Source: an uncultured Bacilli bacterium
Lineage (GTDB): Bacteria; Bacillota_I; Bacilli_A; RFN20; CAG-631
Direction: 5' to 3'
NCBI GenBank assembly: GCA_947626825.1
Contig: CANQTM010000003.1
Location: 40,692-104,691 of the forward strand
DNA: 64,000 nt
The notes beneath the pieces are model-generated. The model did not search any database, was not told the DNA's origin, and saw only the letters and a list, made by a program, of their open reading frames with translations. A program made the position numbers and the translations under genes. Numbering within the stretch: position 1 is the first letter of the stretch; each line of letters opens with the position of its first letter. Shown piece after piece: positions 20,164-29,107 of this stretch.

Positions 20164-20880
20164 TTAATTAATTAGTAGGTCATAGGAAGTTATGATTCCT
20201 AAAACCTTTTCATTTTCTTTACCATGTTCTGTAACAAAAATCATTGATAATCTTTTACAATTATTTTTCTTTGCAAACAATGGATAAATTTCACTAATTT
20301 TCATATCTTTTGCAACAAAGATAAAATACTCGGTTGCATGACAATGAATATTAAGATATTCGTCATATTCAAGTATAATAGATTTATTGGTTATTTTTAT
20401 ATTGTGTTTTTCAACAAAATAACTAAAAATGGTATTTTCACTAAATACTCCATAAAGACAGCCATCTTTTAAGATAGGTATATGTGTGTATCCATTTTTA
20501 ATCATACTATTTGCTACTTCAGAGACATTGCAATCTAAACCTGCACATAATACTTTTGAAATAGGTACACAGATCTTAAAGGCTGTAACTGGATGATCAA
20601 CAATTTCAATCTCATGTCTTAAGAAATCAATGATGTTTTGATTAATTAGAAAATTTTCGTCACTCGCGACTACTCGTTCGACATGAGCCAAACTGTTTCT
20701 TAAATTTCTAATGATATCTAATTGTTCACCTCGTTTATTATCATTAATTGAAGGTGAATTGTTTAATTCATTTATTCTTTTAACGATTACTGAAGTTGCC
20801 AAATTAGAAATATCATAATAGTTTCTTAAGCAATCATCTAGTTCATTATAAAGATTAAAAAATAGTTCATTATTCGTCAT
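20164..20880 (-). CDS. CBS domain pair protein with N-terminal HEPN-like region (Rx4H motif)
   Basis: 238 aa. The N-terminus has RNLRNSLAHVERV (R-x4-H). The C-terminal half has two CBS-like repeats (HIPILKDGCLYGVFSE and VLGIITSYDLL). Confidence 0.5.
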   Translation of the reverse strand: MTNNELFFNLYNELDDCLRNYYDISNLATSVIVKRINELNNSPSINDNKRGEQLDIIRNLRNSLAHVERVVASDENFLINQNIIDFLRHEIEIVDHPVTAFKICVPISKVLCAGLDCNVSEVANSMIKNGYTHIPILKDGCLYGVFSENTIFSYFVEKHNIKITNKSIILEYDEYLNIHCHATEYFIFVAKDMKISEIYPLFAKKNNCKRLSMIFVTEHGKENEKVLGIITSYDLLIN

Positions 20881-20999
20881 TTTGTTTCTAGAGTGTTTAA
20901 ACTCAATTTCTCCTTTTTAGATTTTTTAACAACATTTAGTCATATATCTAATAATTGCTATAAAAAATATTGGCCGCTTTCATTATAACAAATTATTTT

Positions 21000-22049
21000 T
21001 TATAAAACTACATGTGAAAAATTATCTTTTAAGGAGTTACTTATTGATTTATCATCTCCAAGTTGTATAGCATCATTAACATATAAGCGTTCATTAATAG
21101 TTAAAATGTCATAAATATTATTGTTTAAACATTCGATAATAATTTTATCAGTGGCATTATTTTCATTTAATTTATCATTCAAAAAGGTTTCTAAAAAATG
21201 ATTAATTCTTTCGATATTCATTTTAGCTGCAATACAAATAGGAATCATTATATATTTATTTGGTATATAACCAATTTCTGTAAATATTTTCTTATATTCT
21301 TCATTTGTTATATTAGCTTCATAACAAAATGAATAATCATCTTTATATTGTTCCTTAATGATTTGATATAATCTAAGAAATGGCTGATTTTCAACATTTA
21401 TATGATAATCATTTTCTTTTATAAGATTATAATGCGTTGGTAAAATATCATCGTTTTGATTAATAAAATCACGCAATTCGCAATCATTATTCAATGGGTA
21501 AACTGTTGATTTATGCCTTTTACTTAATGGATATGATGTTGATTCATAAGTTGAAACATAATTGTTTAGGTGATCGTTGATGGTTGTTTTATCAACCATT
21601 ATATAAGCCGCAAAATTTGTTTTATATAAATTCATAAAGTATTTTAAAAATGTTTTACATGTTCTATATGAATTCATATTTCCAAGTCTTTTATAGCTAA
21701 AATATAATGGTGGAAAGACCACATTCTGAAAATTTCCTTTAATAATAAATTTAAAAATATCATTATAAGAAAAATACATATCAATTTTAAATGTTGGACT
21801 TTTTATTAAATCAGGAACTATCACATGAATGATTCTTTTAGCTAAATTAGCACCATCTGTAATTACTGGTATTCCATAACCTTTTGGTTTGTTTAAATCA
21901 AACAAATGTTCTATAGTTGCACTACCAGCATAATTATATATTTGATTACAAACAGTTTCTTCTTTAAGAAAATCATTAACTTTTATCGGACAAACTATGC
22001 ACTCAAGTTTTGTTTTCAAAATATCATTATCAACAAAAAATATTGGCAT
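21000..22049 (-). CDS. Macro-like domain protein with about 200-aa C-terminal extension of unknown function
   Basis: 349 aa. The N-terminal about 110 aa (GYGIPVITDGANLAKRIIHVIVPD) resembles the macro (ADP-ribose binding) fold. The assignment is tentative. Confidence 0.4.
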   Translation of the reverse strand: MPIFFVDNDILKTKLECIVCPIKVNDFLKEETVCNQIYNYAGSATIEHLFDLNKPKGYGIPVITDGANLAKRIIHVIVPDLIKSPTFKIDMYFSYNDIFKFIIKGNFQNVVFPPLYFSYKRLGNMNSYRTCKTFLKYFMNLYKTNFAAYIMVDKTTINDHLNNYVSTYESTSYPLSKRHKSTVYPLNNDCELRDFINQNDDILPTHYNLIKENDYHINVENQPFLRLYQIIKEQYKDDYSFCYEANITNEEYKKIFTEIGYIPNKYIMIPICIAAKMNIERINHFLETFLNDKLNENNATDKIIIECLNNNIYDILTINERLYVNDAIQLGDDKSISNSLKDNFSHVVL

Positions 22050-22065
22050 CTTATCATCTTCCTTC

Positions 22066-23091
22066 TTATTCGTCGTTTAAGTAGGCGTCTCCCCACATCA
22101 TAATAAAACTAAATATGTCGCTATCTCCTAATGTACCACCAAATGGTTGAAAAGGATAAGCCATCATATTGTATGTTGCATCGGCTTCTGTTCTTTCAAC
22201 TAATCCTAACACGTAGCCAAATGCAGCAATAGTAAGGCCTAAAACATTTGCACGATATGAAGCTGGATTCCCATCACTATCGAAATATATATCACTCATA
22301 GCCTGATATAAATCAAGATTATTAGAAATATTACACCCCGTAACGATAACATTTTCAGAAATCTTATAATATTTGTAACTTACCCGAACATCTGGCACAT
22401 CAACAAATTCTACACGGAAATTTGATCTTAAATCATCAAAGACAAAATCAACATTACCGCATGATTCCCATAATGCAACAGCTTCTTCAATAAGATCTTT
22501 ATATACAAATGTTTCGCCTGTTATTTTGTCATAAACTTCTTGAAATGCACTTTCTGAGTAAGAATAATAAATTTTTGCTGGCCCTTGATGTGGAATAGAA
22601 TATCCATGCATTCTTTTAAAATCATAAACATACATTCCACTAGGATTTGGCGTTAATTCAATTGATCCTTCCCATCTGCAATTAGCTTGGCATCTAATTC
22701 GAAAATATACTGTATCTCCTTGATGTAAGAAAAAGACATTCATTTCTGTTGCACCTTCTCCTTGGTGATAAGTATAAATTGGTTTATCAAGACCTTGTGA
22801 TTCTATAAAGACATCTGCTGTTCCTTTTAAATTATCTGATACAAAGAAAACGAAGAAAAAACATCGCGAATATTTCGCAGTAAATTTACAGTAATCATAT
22901 GTATCTCTTATACCATAAACTTGCATTATTTGCCAATTTTTGAAAGTCATTTCTTCTGCATCTTCAAAAGATGTAGTTTCAGTAAAATCTTCATAGGCAT
23001 TACCTAAAGTTTTAATTGGTGCAGATCCAATTGAACTCGTACTCAACCCTAGTGTTAACACAGAGGCCAATAGGGCATTGCTTAATGTCAT
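22066..23091 (-). CDS. Secreted hypothetical protein (signal peptide)
   Basis: The start is taken at the minus-strand ATG 23091, preceded by GGGAGG. The N-terminus MTLSNALLASVLTLGLSTSSIGSAP is signal-peptide-like. The first 12 codons of the track ORF read through the RBS. Confidence 0.5.
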   Translation of the reverse strand: MTLSNALLASVLTLGLSTSSIGSAPIKTLGNAYEDFTETTSFEDAEEMTFKNWQIMQVYGIRDTYDYCKFTAKYSRCFFFVFFVSDNLKGTADVFIESQGLDKPIYTYHQGEGATEMNVFFLHQGDTVYFRIRCQANCRWEGSIELTPNPSGMYVYDFKRMHGYSIPHQGPAKIYYSYSESAFQEVYDKITGETFVYKDLIEEAVALWESCGNVDFVFDDLRSNFRVEFVDVPDVRVSYKYYKISENVIVTGCNISNNLDLYQAMSDIYFDSDGNPASYRANVLGLTIAAFGYVLGLVERTEADATYNMMAYPFQPFGGTLGDSDIFSFIMMWGDAYLNDE

Positions 23092-23157
23092 AAATAATTC
23101 CTCCCAATTTTTAATTATTTGAAACATTAATTATTAGGAGCACAACATTAGATTATT

Positions 23158-23889
23158 TTATACAGTTAATATGCTTAAAGTGCCAATATCGCCTTCGATA
23201 TCTAATTCGATATTATAAACACCTCTTTGAGAAATAAATGGTATTCTATTATTCCATATAATTAGATCAGAATTATATAAATTTTTATTTTGTGTCAAAG
23301 TAAAATTTCTATAACGAGTACCATTATTGTAAATTGAAATATACATTATGCATATTTCTTTTATATAAAAATCGTATTTCTTAAAATATTTATCAGATAA
23401 ATCTAATTTTTTAATACTATATTTTTGAGAATTTAAATTTTTATTATTTTCAATAAAATCGAAGCAATTATATTGACCTTCAATATCTTTAATAGTCATT
23501 GTAGCAGTAATTTGGTTTAAATCATTTTTATTTGTATTTATATCTGAATCAAATTTCTTATCAACAAATAAAACGGACATTCCTACTATTGAAATCACTA
23601 AAATAAGCATACTAAAAATTGACAACATAATAGAAAATCTTTTATGTCTTTTAGTTGCCTTATTTTGCTTCAAGATATATGAATCAACATCAAAATCCTC
23701 ACCAACTAAATCATCAATACTTACGTTGAACAATTTAGCAATAATGGCTATGTTTTCCCAACTTGGATTTCTTCGACCCATTTCCCAATTAGCAACTGTA
23801 CCTCTAGTTACATTACAAGCAATTGCAATATCATCTTGTTTCATATGCAATTCGATTCGAATCTTTTTTATCTTTTCAGATAAGTTCAT
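23158..23889 (-). CDS. Membrane-anchored XRE-family HTH transcriptional regulator
   Basis: 243 aa with an N-terminal HTH (LHMKQDDIAIACNVTRGTVANWEMGRRNPSWENIAIIAKLFNVS), one transmembrane segment (IMLSIFSMLILVISIVGMSVLFV) and a C-terminal extracytoplasmic domain. Confidence 0.6.
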   Translation of the reverse strand: MNLSEKIKKIRIELHMKQDDIAIACNVTRGTVANWEMGRRNPSWENIAIIAKLFNVSIDDLVGEDFDVDSYILKQNKATKRHKRFSIMLSIFSMLILVISIVGMSVLFVDKKFDSDINTNKNDLNQITATMTIKDIEGQYNCFDFIENNKNLNSQKYSIKKLDLSDKYFKKYDFYIKEICIMYISIYNNGTRYRNFTLTQNKNLYNSDLIIWNNRIPFISQRGVYNIELDIEGDIGTLSILTV

Positions 23890-24144
23890 AATGCCACCTC
23901 ATCTAATGAAGTACCAAAATTATTTTAACAAAGAAAATAACAATTTGTCACGTTGCTTTTAGCAAACCATATAAAATTTTCGGTAAATTCATACGAAAAA
24001 ATTATAACATTTTTTGAAAAAAGTACAATAAATTTATTTTTTTTCTTAAATAAATATCTTTTTTGTATCATATTTGTCATTAAAAATATTTAATTTTTTT
24101 TGTAAATAGTGTAATCTATTTTTTAGAAATGGTAGGTTAATTGT

Positions 24145-25179
24145 ATGAAAATTTTAGCTATAGTTGATAAATTTAAAAACACTTTAACTTCAAAACAAAT
24201 AGGAATAATTTGCAAAAAAGTCTTTGAAAGAAAAGGATTTAATGTAGATTATGTACCAATATCTGATGGCGGCGATGGCTTTTTAGATTGTATAAATTAT
24301 AAAAATAATTTACAAAAAATTTATTGTTATGCTCATAGTGCAAATGGAAAAAGAATCAAAACATATTATTATCAACTTAATGACGATATTTATATTGAAA
24401 CAGCAAAAATTATTGGTTATCGTAAAGATAGTACTTTTGACATTAAAAATGCATCATCTTATGGATTAGGTGAAGTTATAAAAAAAGCCATTAAAAATCA
24501 TGGAAAAAACATATATATTGGCTTAGGCGGAACATTAACAAACGATGCAGGAATTGGCATGTTTGAAGCTTTAGGTTTTGTTTTTGAAAAGGACAAAATA
24601 ATTTGGCCTAAACTATTATTAGAAAATAATGTTTCATTTCATATTATTAGTGATGTTACAAATCCTCTTATTGGCCCTAATGGTGCAACATATATGTTTG
24701 CAAAACAAAAAGGAGCAACAAAAAACGATTTACCAATTCTTGAAAATAAAATTAAAAATTTTTCTCTATATATAAATAAAATTCTAAATAATTGTTATAA
24801 TAATCTTCCTGCTGCTGGTGCTGCAGGAGGATTAGGATTTGCTTTTTTAAGTGTATTAAAAGCACAATATCATCATGGAATTAATTTTATGTTAGACTAT
24901 TTAAACATTCAAAACATTTTACCATCATATGATATTGTTATTACCGGTGAAGGACAAATAGATACTCAATCTTTATATGGAAAAACTGTTTTTGAAATAT
25001 TAAAATATTGTCAAAAGAAAACAATTATAATATGTGCTATAAATAAAATTAAAACTAAAATATGCAATAACAACATTATTGGATTATATAGTATTGTCCC
25101 TTCTATTGCAACTAAAGAACAATCATTAAAAAATCCTAAATTTTATTTAGAAAAACTTTTAAAAAATATAAAAATTTAA
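24145..25179 (+). CDS. glxK: Glycerate kinase
   Basis: 344 aa with the ISDGGDGF and GGTLTNDAGIG motifs of the glycerate kinase family. Confidence 0.75.
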   Translation: MKILAIVDKFKNTLTSKQIGIICKKVFERKGFNVDYVPISDGGDGFLDCINYKNNLQKIYCYAHSANGKRIKTYYYQLNDDIYIETAKIIGYRKDSTFDIKNASSYGLGEVIKKAIKNHGKNIYIGLGGTLTNDAGIGMFEALGFVFEKDKIIWPKLLLENNVSFHIISDVTNPLIGPNGATYMFAKQKGATKNDLPILENKIKNFSLYINKILNNCYNNLPAAGAAGGLGFAFLSVLKAQYHHGINFMLDYLNIQNILPSYDIVITGEGQIDTQSLYGKTVFEILKYCQKKTIIICAINKIKTKICNNNIIGLYSIVPSIATKEQSLKNPKFYLEKLLKNIKI

Positions 25180-25772
25180 TTCTTTTTGTATTTTTTATAA
25201 TATTTATAAAAAGTTGATCTTTTTAATCCAGTTTTATTTAAAGCATCCGTAATATTAATTTCATTTTTTGAATATTGTTCAAATATCATTAAAAATTTAT
25301 TTGTTAATTTTATTTTAGGGCGACCAAAAGCTACGCCCTTTTCTTTTGCTATCTTAATGCCTTCTGCTTGTCTTTGTTTTATATTTGCCCTTTCATTTTC
25401 GGCAACAAAAGATAAAATTTGTAAAACAATATCTGAAATAAATTTTCCTACTAAATTTTTATTTTCACTTCTAGTATCTAAAAGATTCATATCTAACACA
25501 ACAATATCACAGTTAACTGTTTTAGTAATATGAGCCCATTCTTCAATTATCATATCATAATTTCTTCCCAATCTATCAATTGACTTAATTACTAACAAAT
25601 CACCTTTTTGAAGTTTACTTCTTAAAATTTTATAATTTGTTCTATCAAAATCTTTCCCACTTTGCTTATCAACATAAATCCTATTTTCATTTACTCCAAA
25701 CTTTTTTAATTCTATTATTTGCCTATCAAGTTTTTGATCTTTTGAAGATACTCTTGCGTATCCATAAATCAT
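25176..25772 (-). CDS. Small serine recombinase (resolvase/invertase family) with C-terminal HTH
   Basis: Begins MIYGYARVSSKDQ with the catalytic Ser, followed by RQ...DRLGR motifs and a C-terminal HTH. The start is at ATG 25772 with RBS AGAGGTGA. The stop codon overlaps the glycerate kinase stop on the opposite strand. Confidence 0.8.
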   Translation of the reverse strand: MIYGYARVSSKDQKLDRQIIELKKFGVNENRIYVDKQSGKDFDRTNYKILRSKLQKGDLLVIKSIDRLGRNYDMIIEEWAHITKTVNCDIVVLDMNLLDTRSENKNLVGKFISDIVLQILSFVAENERANIKQRQAEGIKIAKEKGVAFGRPKIKLTNKFLMIFEQYSKNEINITDALNKTGLKRSTFYKYYKKYKKN

Positions 25773-25820
25773 AATAATCACCTCTGCTTAACTTATGTAG
25801 CAAATAAAATATAATATTTT

Positions 25821-25984
25821 TTGTTTATAAAAGTAAACATTTAGAGAATTAAAAAAAGAAACTTTTTAGGAAAAAATATGAGACTATTATGAAACTATAT
25901 TGAGATTTTCAAAAAAATAAGGTAGAATGTGACCAAAAAGTAAACAATTTGGGTTTGTTTATAAAAGTTTACTTTTATAGACAA
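25821..25984. repeat. Recombinase-adjacent element bounded by 18-bp inverted repeats with internal TGTTTA/TAAACA subsite repeats (candidate invertible switch or res-like site)
   Basis: ttgtttataaaagtaaac (25821-25838) and gtttacttttatagacaa (25967-25984) are reverse complements, matching 17 of 18. There is a direct copy of ttgtttataaaagt at 25955-25968 and an extra TAAACA at 25941-25946. The element lies 49 nt from the recombinase start. Confidence 0.55.
25900..25928 (+). promoter_or_regulatory. Consensus-like sigma-70 promoter inside the IR-bounded element, facing the 26002 gene
   Basis: TTGAGA (25900-25905), a 17-nt spacer, then TAGAAT (25923-25928). It is followed by RBS AGAGGGA and the ATG at 26002. 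Confidence 0.5.
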
Positions 25985-26001
25985 GAGGGAAAAATTAAAA
26001 T

Positions 26002-26253
26002 ATGGAAAAAAAATATGACAATTTAAAACTACTTAAAAAAATACAATTTTGGAAAAATATTACTTACATTATTAGTGCACTTTTTATAATGAGTACTATT
26101 TCATCACTATTAATTGTAATTTTGTCTGGCATTGATAAGATTGTTTTACTATTAGTTCTTTTAACTATATCTTTAGTAATGTGTTTAATAAATATAATAA
26201 TTAATTTGTACATTGATTCATTAATTAAGAATAAAGATAAGACTAATAACTAA
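26002..26253 (+). CDS. Small hypothetical membrane protein (two predicted TM helices)
   Basis: 83 aa, two hydrophobic stretches, good RBS. It lies downstream of the candidate switch promoter. Confidence 0.45.
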   Translation: MEKKYDNLKLLKKIQFWKNITYIISALFIMSTISSLLIVILSGIDKIVLLLVLLTISLVMCLINIIINLYIDSLIKNKDKTNN

Positions 26254-26430
26254 AAAATCCCACACATAAATAATAACATAAAGTCAAGCATTTTTTTCAT
26301 CTCTACATGAAAATAAATTTATATGACAAAGTCATATGTTTTTTCAAGTCTTTAAATAGTCTCTAAATAGTTTTTAATTAGTTGCATTTTTGTGTTTAAT
26401 TAGTCTCAAAAAATAAAAAAGGTGATAAAA

Positions 26431-27174
26431 TCACTCACCTATAATCTTAGTAATATAGCCAATTGGTAGCACTGTTATATTATCATTTACTGTTACAGGA
26501 TAACTTGGATGATAATGTCCAGCATACCAATGTTTAAAATTATTAGCATTATATATTTTTTGTAAAAAATCTTGAAGAGGACAAATCTGATCTTTAAATC
26601 TACCAGGTATAAAAGCAATTAATTTGTTAAAAATAGATAATGGAACATCATGTGTAATAACATAATCAACATGATGTGTGCAATAATATTGATAAGCGCT
26701 TTGGAAATCTTCTGTTTTAATTTCTTGTGGCCACCAAAACTTTTTATTATATTCAGCTTCCAATTTTAATCTTTTATCTTTATCAATAGATAAGCCACCA
26801 TTAAATGTAAAAAATTTTATACCATCTATATCAAAGATCTGACCATTTTTGGCATAGTAAACATCAACATCTGGTTCTTTATAGCATTTACCATTAAAAA
26901 TAATTTCTTCAGGAAAAGATTCAATGATATCATAATTTTCATGATTACCTAAAACAGCAATAATAATAAATGGTAAATTATTAAGATGTTTCATTCTTTG
27001 ACCTTTGCTAGTTTCGTTTTCATATGAATTAACAAATCCTGCATCACCAGCAACAAATAAAATATCTTTTTTTTCTAAAGATGTTTTTGATTTTGACTTT
27101 AATTCTTCAAATTTAATATCAAGAAGATCTAAGTCACCATGAATATCACCAATTACATATATATTGCGCTCCAT
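26431..27174 (-). CDS. Metallophosphoesterase (calcineurin-like phosphoesterase)
   Basis: NIYVIGDIHGD and GNHE motifs are present. The start is taken at the ATG for MERNIYV (27174), preceded by GGGGGAAAA. The track ORF begins 7 codons earlier. Confidence 0.7.
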   Translation of the reverse strand: MERNIYVIGDIHGDLDLLDIKFEELKSKSKTSLEKKDILFVAGDAGFVNSYENETSKGQRMKHLNNLPFIIIAVLGNHENYDIIESFPEEIIFNGKCYKEPDVDVYYAKNGQIFDIDGIKFFTFNGGLSIDKDKRLKLEAEYNKKFWWPQEIKTEDFQSAYQYYCTHHVDYVITHDVPLSIFNKLIAFIPGRFKDQICPLQDFLQKIYNANNFKHWYAGHYHPSYPVTVNDNITVLPIGYITKIIGE

Positions 27175-27379
27175 AGGATTTTCCCCCAAGACCATTTCAT
27201 ATTACAATACAATTTTCTTATATGCAACAAATAAAAAAATATAATTTAAGTTTTTTTATGTTTTATTGATAAGATTAAATTGAAATTTTTAATATTATTT
27301 TATTTGAATTAACAAAATTTATTTCAAATATTAAAAATTAAAATTTATTGTATAAATTTTACAAATTTTTTTAAAAAAA

Positions 27380-27452
27380 TTAGCACTCAAGTGTTGACAT
27401 TGCTAAAATGTGATGTATAATATAATTAGCAGTCAGGAAATATGAGTGCTAA
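27380..27452 (+). promoter_or_regulatory. Doubled, degenerate CIRCE (HrcA operator) elements overlapping the hsp20 promoter
   Basis: TTAGCACTC-N9-CATTGCTAA (27380-27406) and TTAGCAGTC-N9-GAGTGCTAA (27426-27452). The consensus is TTAGCACTC-N9-GAGTGCTAA. TTGACA (27394-27399) and TATAAT (27416-27421) sit in between. Confidence 0.6.
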
Positions 27453-27481
27453 AAAATATAATAATGAAAGGAAATATTATT

Positions 27482-27901
27482 ATGAACAACTATAACAAAA
27501 GAAACCAAATTGATTTATTTGATGATGATGATCCATTTTTCACACCATTCGTTAATTTTTTCTCAAAGGAAAGTAGCAAACTTTTAAAAACCGATATTAA
27601 AGAGACTGATAAAGAATACACTCTTTTAATGGATGTTCCAGGTTTGACAAAAAAAGACATTAAAATTTCTTTAGATCAAAAATATCTAACAGTTACTGCA
27701 ACAAGTGATCAAGAATCACAAGAAGGAACAAAATATATTCGTAAAGAAAGATTCTATGGTACAAGTACACGTTCTTTCTATGTAGGAGATATTGAACAAA
27801 AAGATATTAAAGCATCTTTTGAAAATGGTCTTTTAATTATTGTAATTCCTAAGAAGAATTATCAAAAAGCAGAAGAGAAAAAATATATCGATATCAATTA
27901 A
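27482..27901 (+). CDS. Hsp20/alpha-crystallin family small heat shock protein
   Basis: The alpha-crystallin domain (DIKETDKEYTLLMDVPGLTKKDIKISL...GLLIIVIPK) is present. The start is taken at ATG 27482 after AAAGGA. The track ORF starts at an upstream GTG. Confidence 0.85.
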   Translation: MNNYNKRNQIDLFDDDDPFFTPFVNFFSKESSKLLKTDIKETDKEYTLLMDVPGLTKKDIKISLDQKYLTVTATSDQESQEGTKYIRKERFYGTSTRSFYVGDIEQKDIKASFENGLLIIVIPKKNYQKAEEKKYIDIN

Positions 27902-27974
27902 TTCGATATAAATTAATTGCATAAAAGGTTGGCTTCATATATAATTTTGCCAACCTTTTTTATAAATTTGTTTA

Positions 27975-28469
27975 TTATTGTACTTTTAATCTTTCTTTTA
28001 ATTTTGTTTCAATTTCATCTTTAACAACAGATGGAACATAATTTGATATATCACTATTAAATAAAACAAGTTCTTTTATAGAAGATGATGATAAAAATAA
28101 ATTGTTAGCTGAAGGAAACAACAAAATTATTTCAATTGATTTATCTATTGTATGGTTAAATTGAAACAATTGCATTTCAGCATCAAAATCATTATGATTT
28201 CTTAATCCCCTAATAATGGCAGTAGCATGAACTTTTTGAGCATATTTCATTACTAAGTCATCAGAAAATACTACATTAACATTTTTTAAATGAGCACAAG
28301 ATTTTTTTACAATGTTAATTCTTTCTTCAATTGAAAAAATACATTTTTTATTGGGATTTACAGAAACCAAAACATAAAGTGTATCACATAATTTACTAGC
28401 TCTAGTTATAATATCAAGATGACCATTTGATAAAGGATCAAATGTTCCAGGATAGATAGCAACTTTCAT
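27975..28469 (-). CDS. coaD: Phosphopantetheine adenylyltransferase
   Basis: 164 aa. VAIYPGTFDPLSNGHLDII is the classic CoaD nucleotidyltransferase motif. Confidence 0.9.
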   Translation of the reverse strand: MKVAIYPGTFDPLSNGHLDIITRASKLCDTLYVLVSVNPNKKCIFSIEERINIVKKSCAHLKNVNVVFSDDLVMKYAQKVHATAIIRGLRNHNDFDAEMQLFQFNHTIDKSIEIILLFPSANNLFLSSSSIKELVLFNSDISNYVPSVVKDEIETKLKERLKVQ

Positions 28470-28474
28470 GATAG

Positions 28475-28978
28475 TTAGCCTCCTTGTTTTAAATATTTTT
28501 TAACTTCTCTTCTACTTTTAAATATATAAATTTTTTTCTCAGGGTGATTATTAATAAATTGATAAATGCGTTGACGACTTGTTTTATAAAAATCTTTAAA
28601 GACCCATTTTAAATAATCTTTAGATAATTCTTCATCACACAAGTCACTACGAGAATCTCTATGTTTTCCTTTGTATTTAAAATATCTTTTAATAACTGAA
28701 AACAAACAAGTAAAGCGATTTAAATCTAGAAAATAAATTGTGTCGCATTGTTCAAAACGAGCAAGAGCATTATTTAAAAAATTTCCATCAATAATCCAAT
28801 TTTCTTTTTCTAAAAAGCTCATAATATAATCCATATCATCATATTCTGGTTGTTTCCAATTGTGTTTATAAATGAGGGCATCAAGATGAAGATAATCAAC
28901 TTTTATTTTATTGGCTAAACTTACAGTAAATGTTGATTTACCACTACCAGAATTGCCAAGTACTATAATTTTAGGCAT
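28475..28978 (-). CDS. P-loop NTPase (topology modulation protein FlaR-like / adenylate-kinase-like)
   Basis: 167 aa, Walker A LGNSGSGKST. Confidence 0.5.
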   Translation of the reverse strand: MPKIIVLGNSGSGKSTFTVSLANKIKVDYLHLDALIYKHNWKQPEYDDMDYIMSFLEKENWIIDGNFLNNALARFEQCDTIYFLDLNRFTCLFSVIKRYFKYKGKHRDSRSDLCDEELSKDYLKWVFKDFYKTSRQRIYQFINNHPEKKIYIFKSRREVKKYLKQGG

Positions 28979-29107
28979 CTTTAGACCTCACTTTCTTTTT
29001 TATTATACAACACTAAAAGAAATTAAAGAATATAAATTTTAATTAGATTGAATTATATTTTTCCCTGAATTATAATATCTTTAGTGTTACAAGGAGACTT
29101 TACTATT

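Noticed and set aside
21000-23127. DarTG toxin-antitoxin interpretation of the macro-like protein.
   Set aside because: DarG is macro plus a C-terminal DarT-binding domain and is preceded by a DarT (DUF4433) gene of about 200 aa. The upstream gene here is a 340-aa signal-peptide protein with no resemblance to DarT.
27400-27430. Extended -10 (TGnTATAAT) at the hsp20 promoter.
   Set aside because: The TG lies directly adjacent to TATAAT (TGTATAAT) rather than one base upstream, so it does not fit the extended -10 definition. A standard -35/-10 with a 16-nt spacer is sufficient.
27446-27481. GTG start at 27446 for hsp20, as in the supplied track.
   Set aside because: It lies inside the second CIRCE element and has no RBS. 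The ATG at 27482 has AAAGGA upstream and gives a normal-length sHSP.
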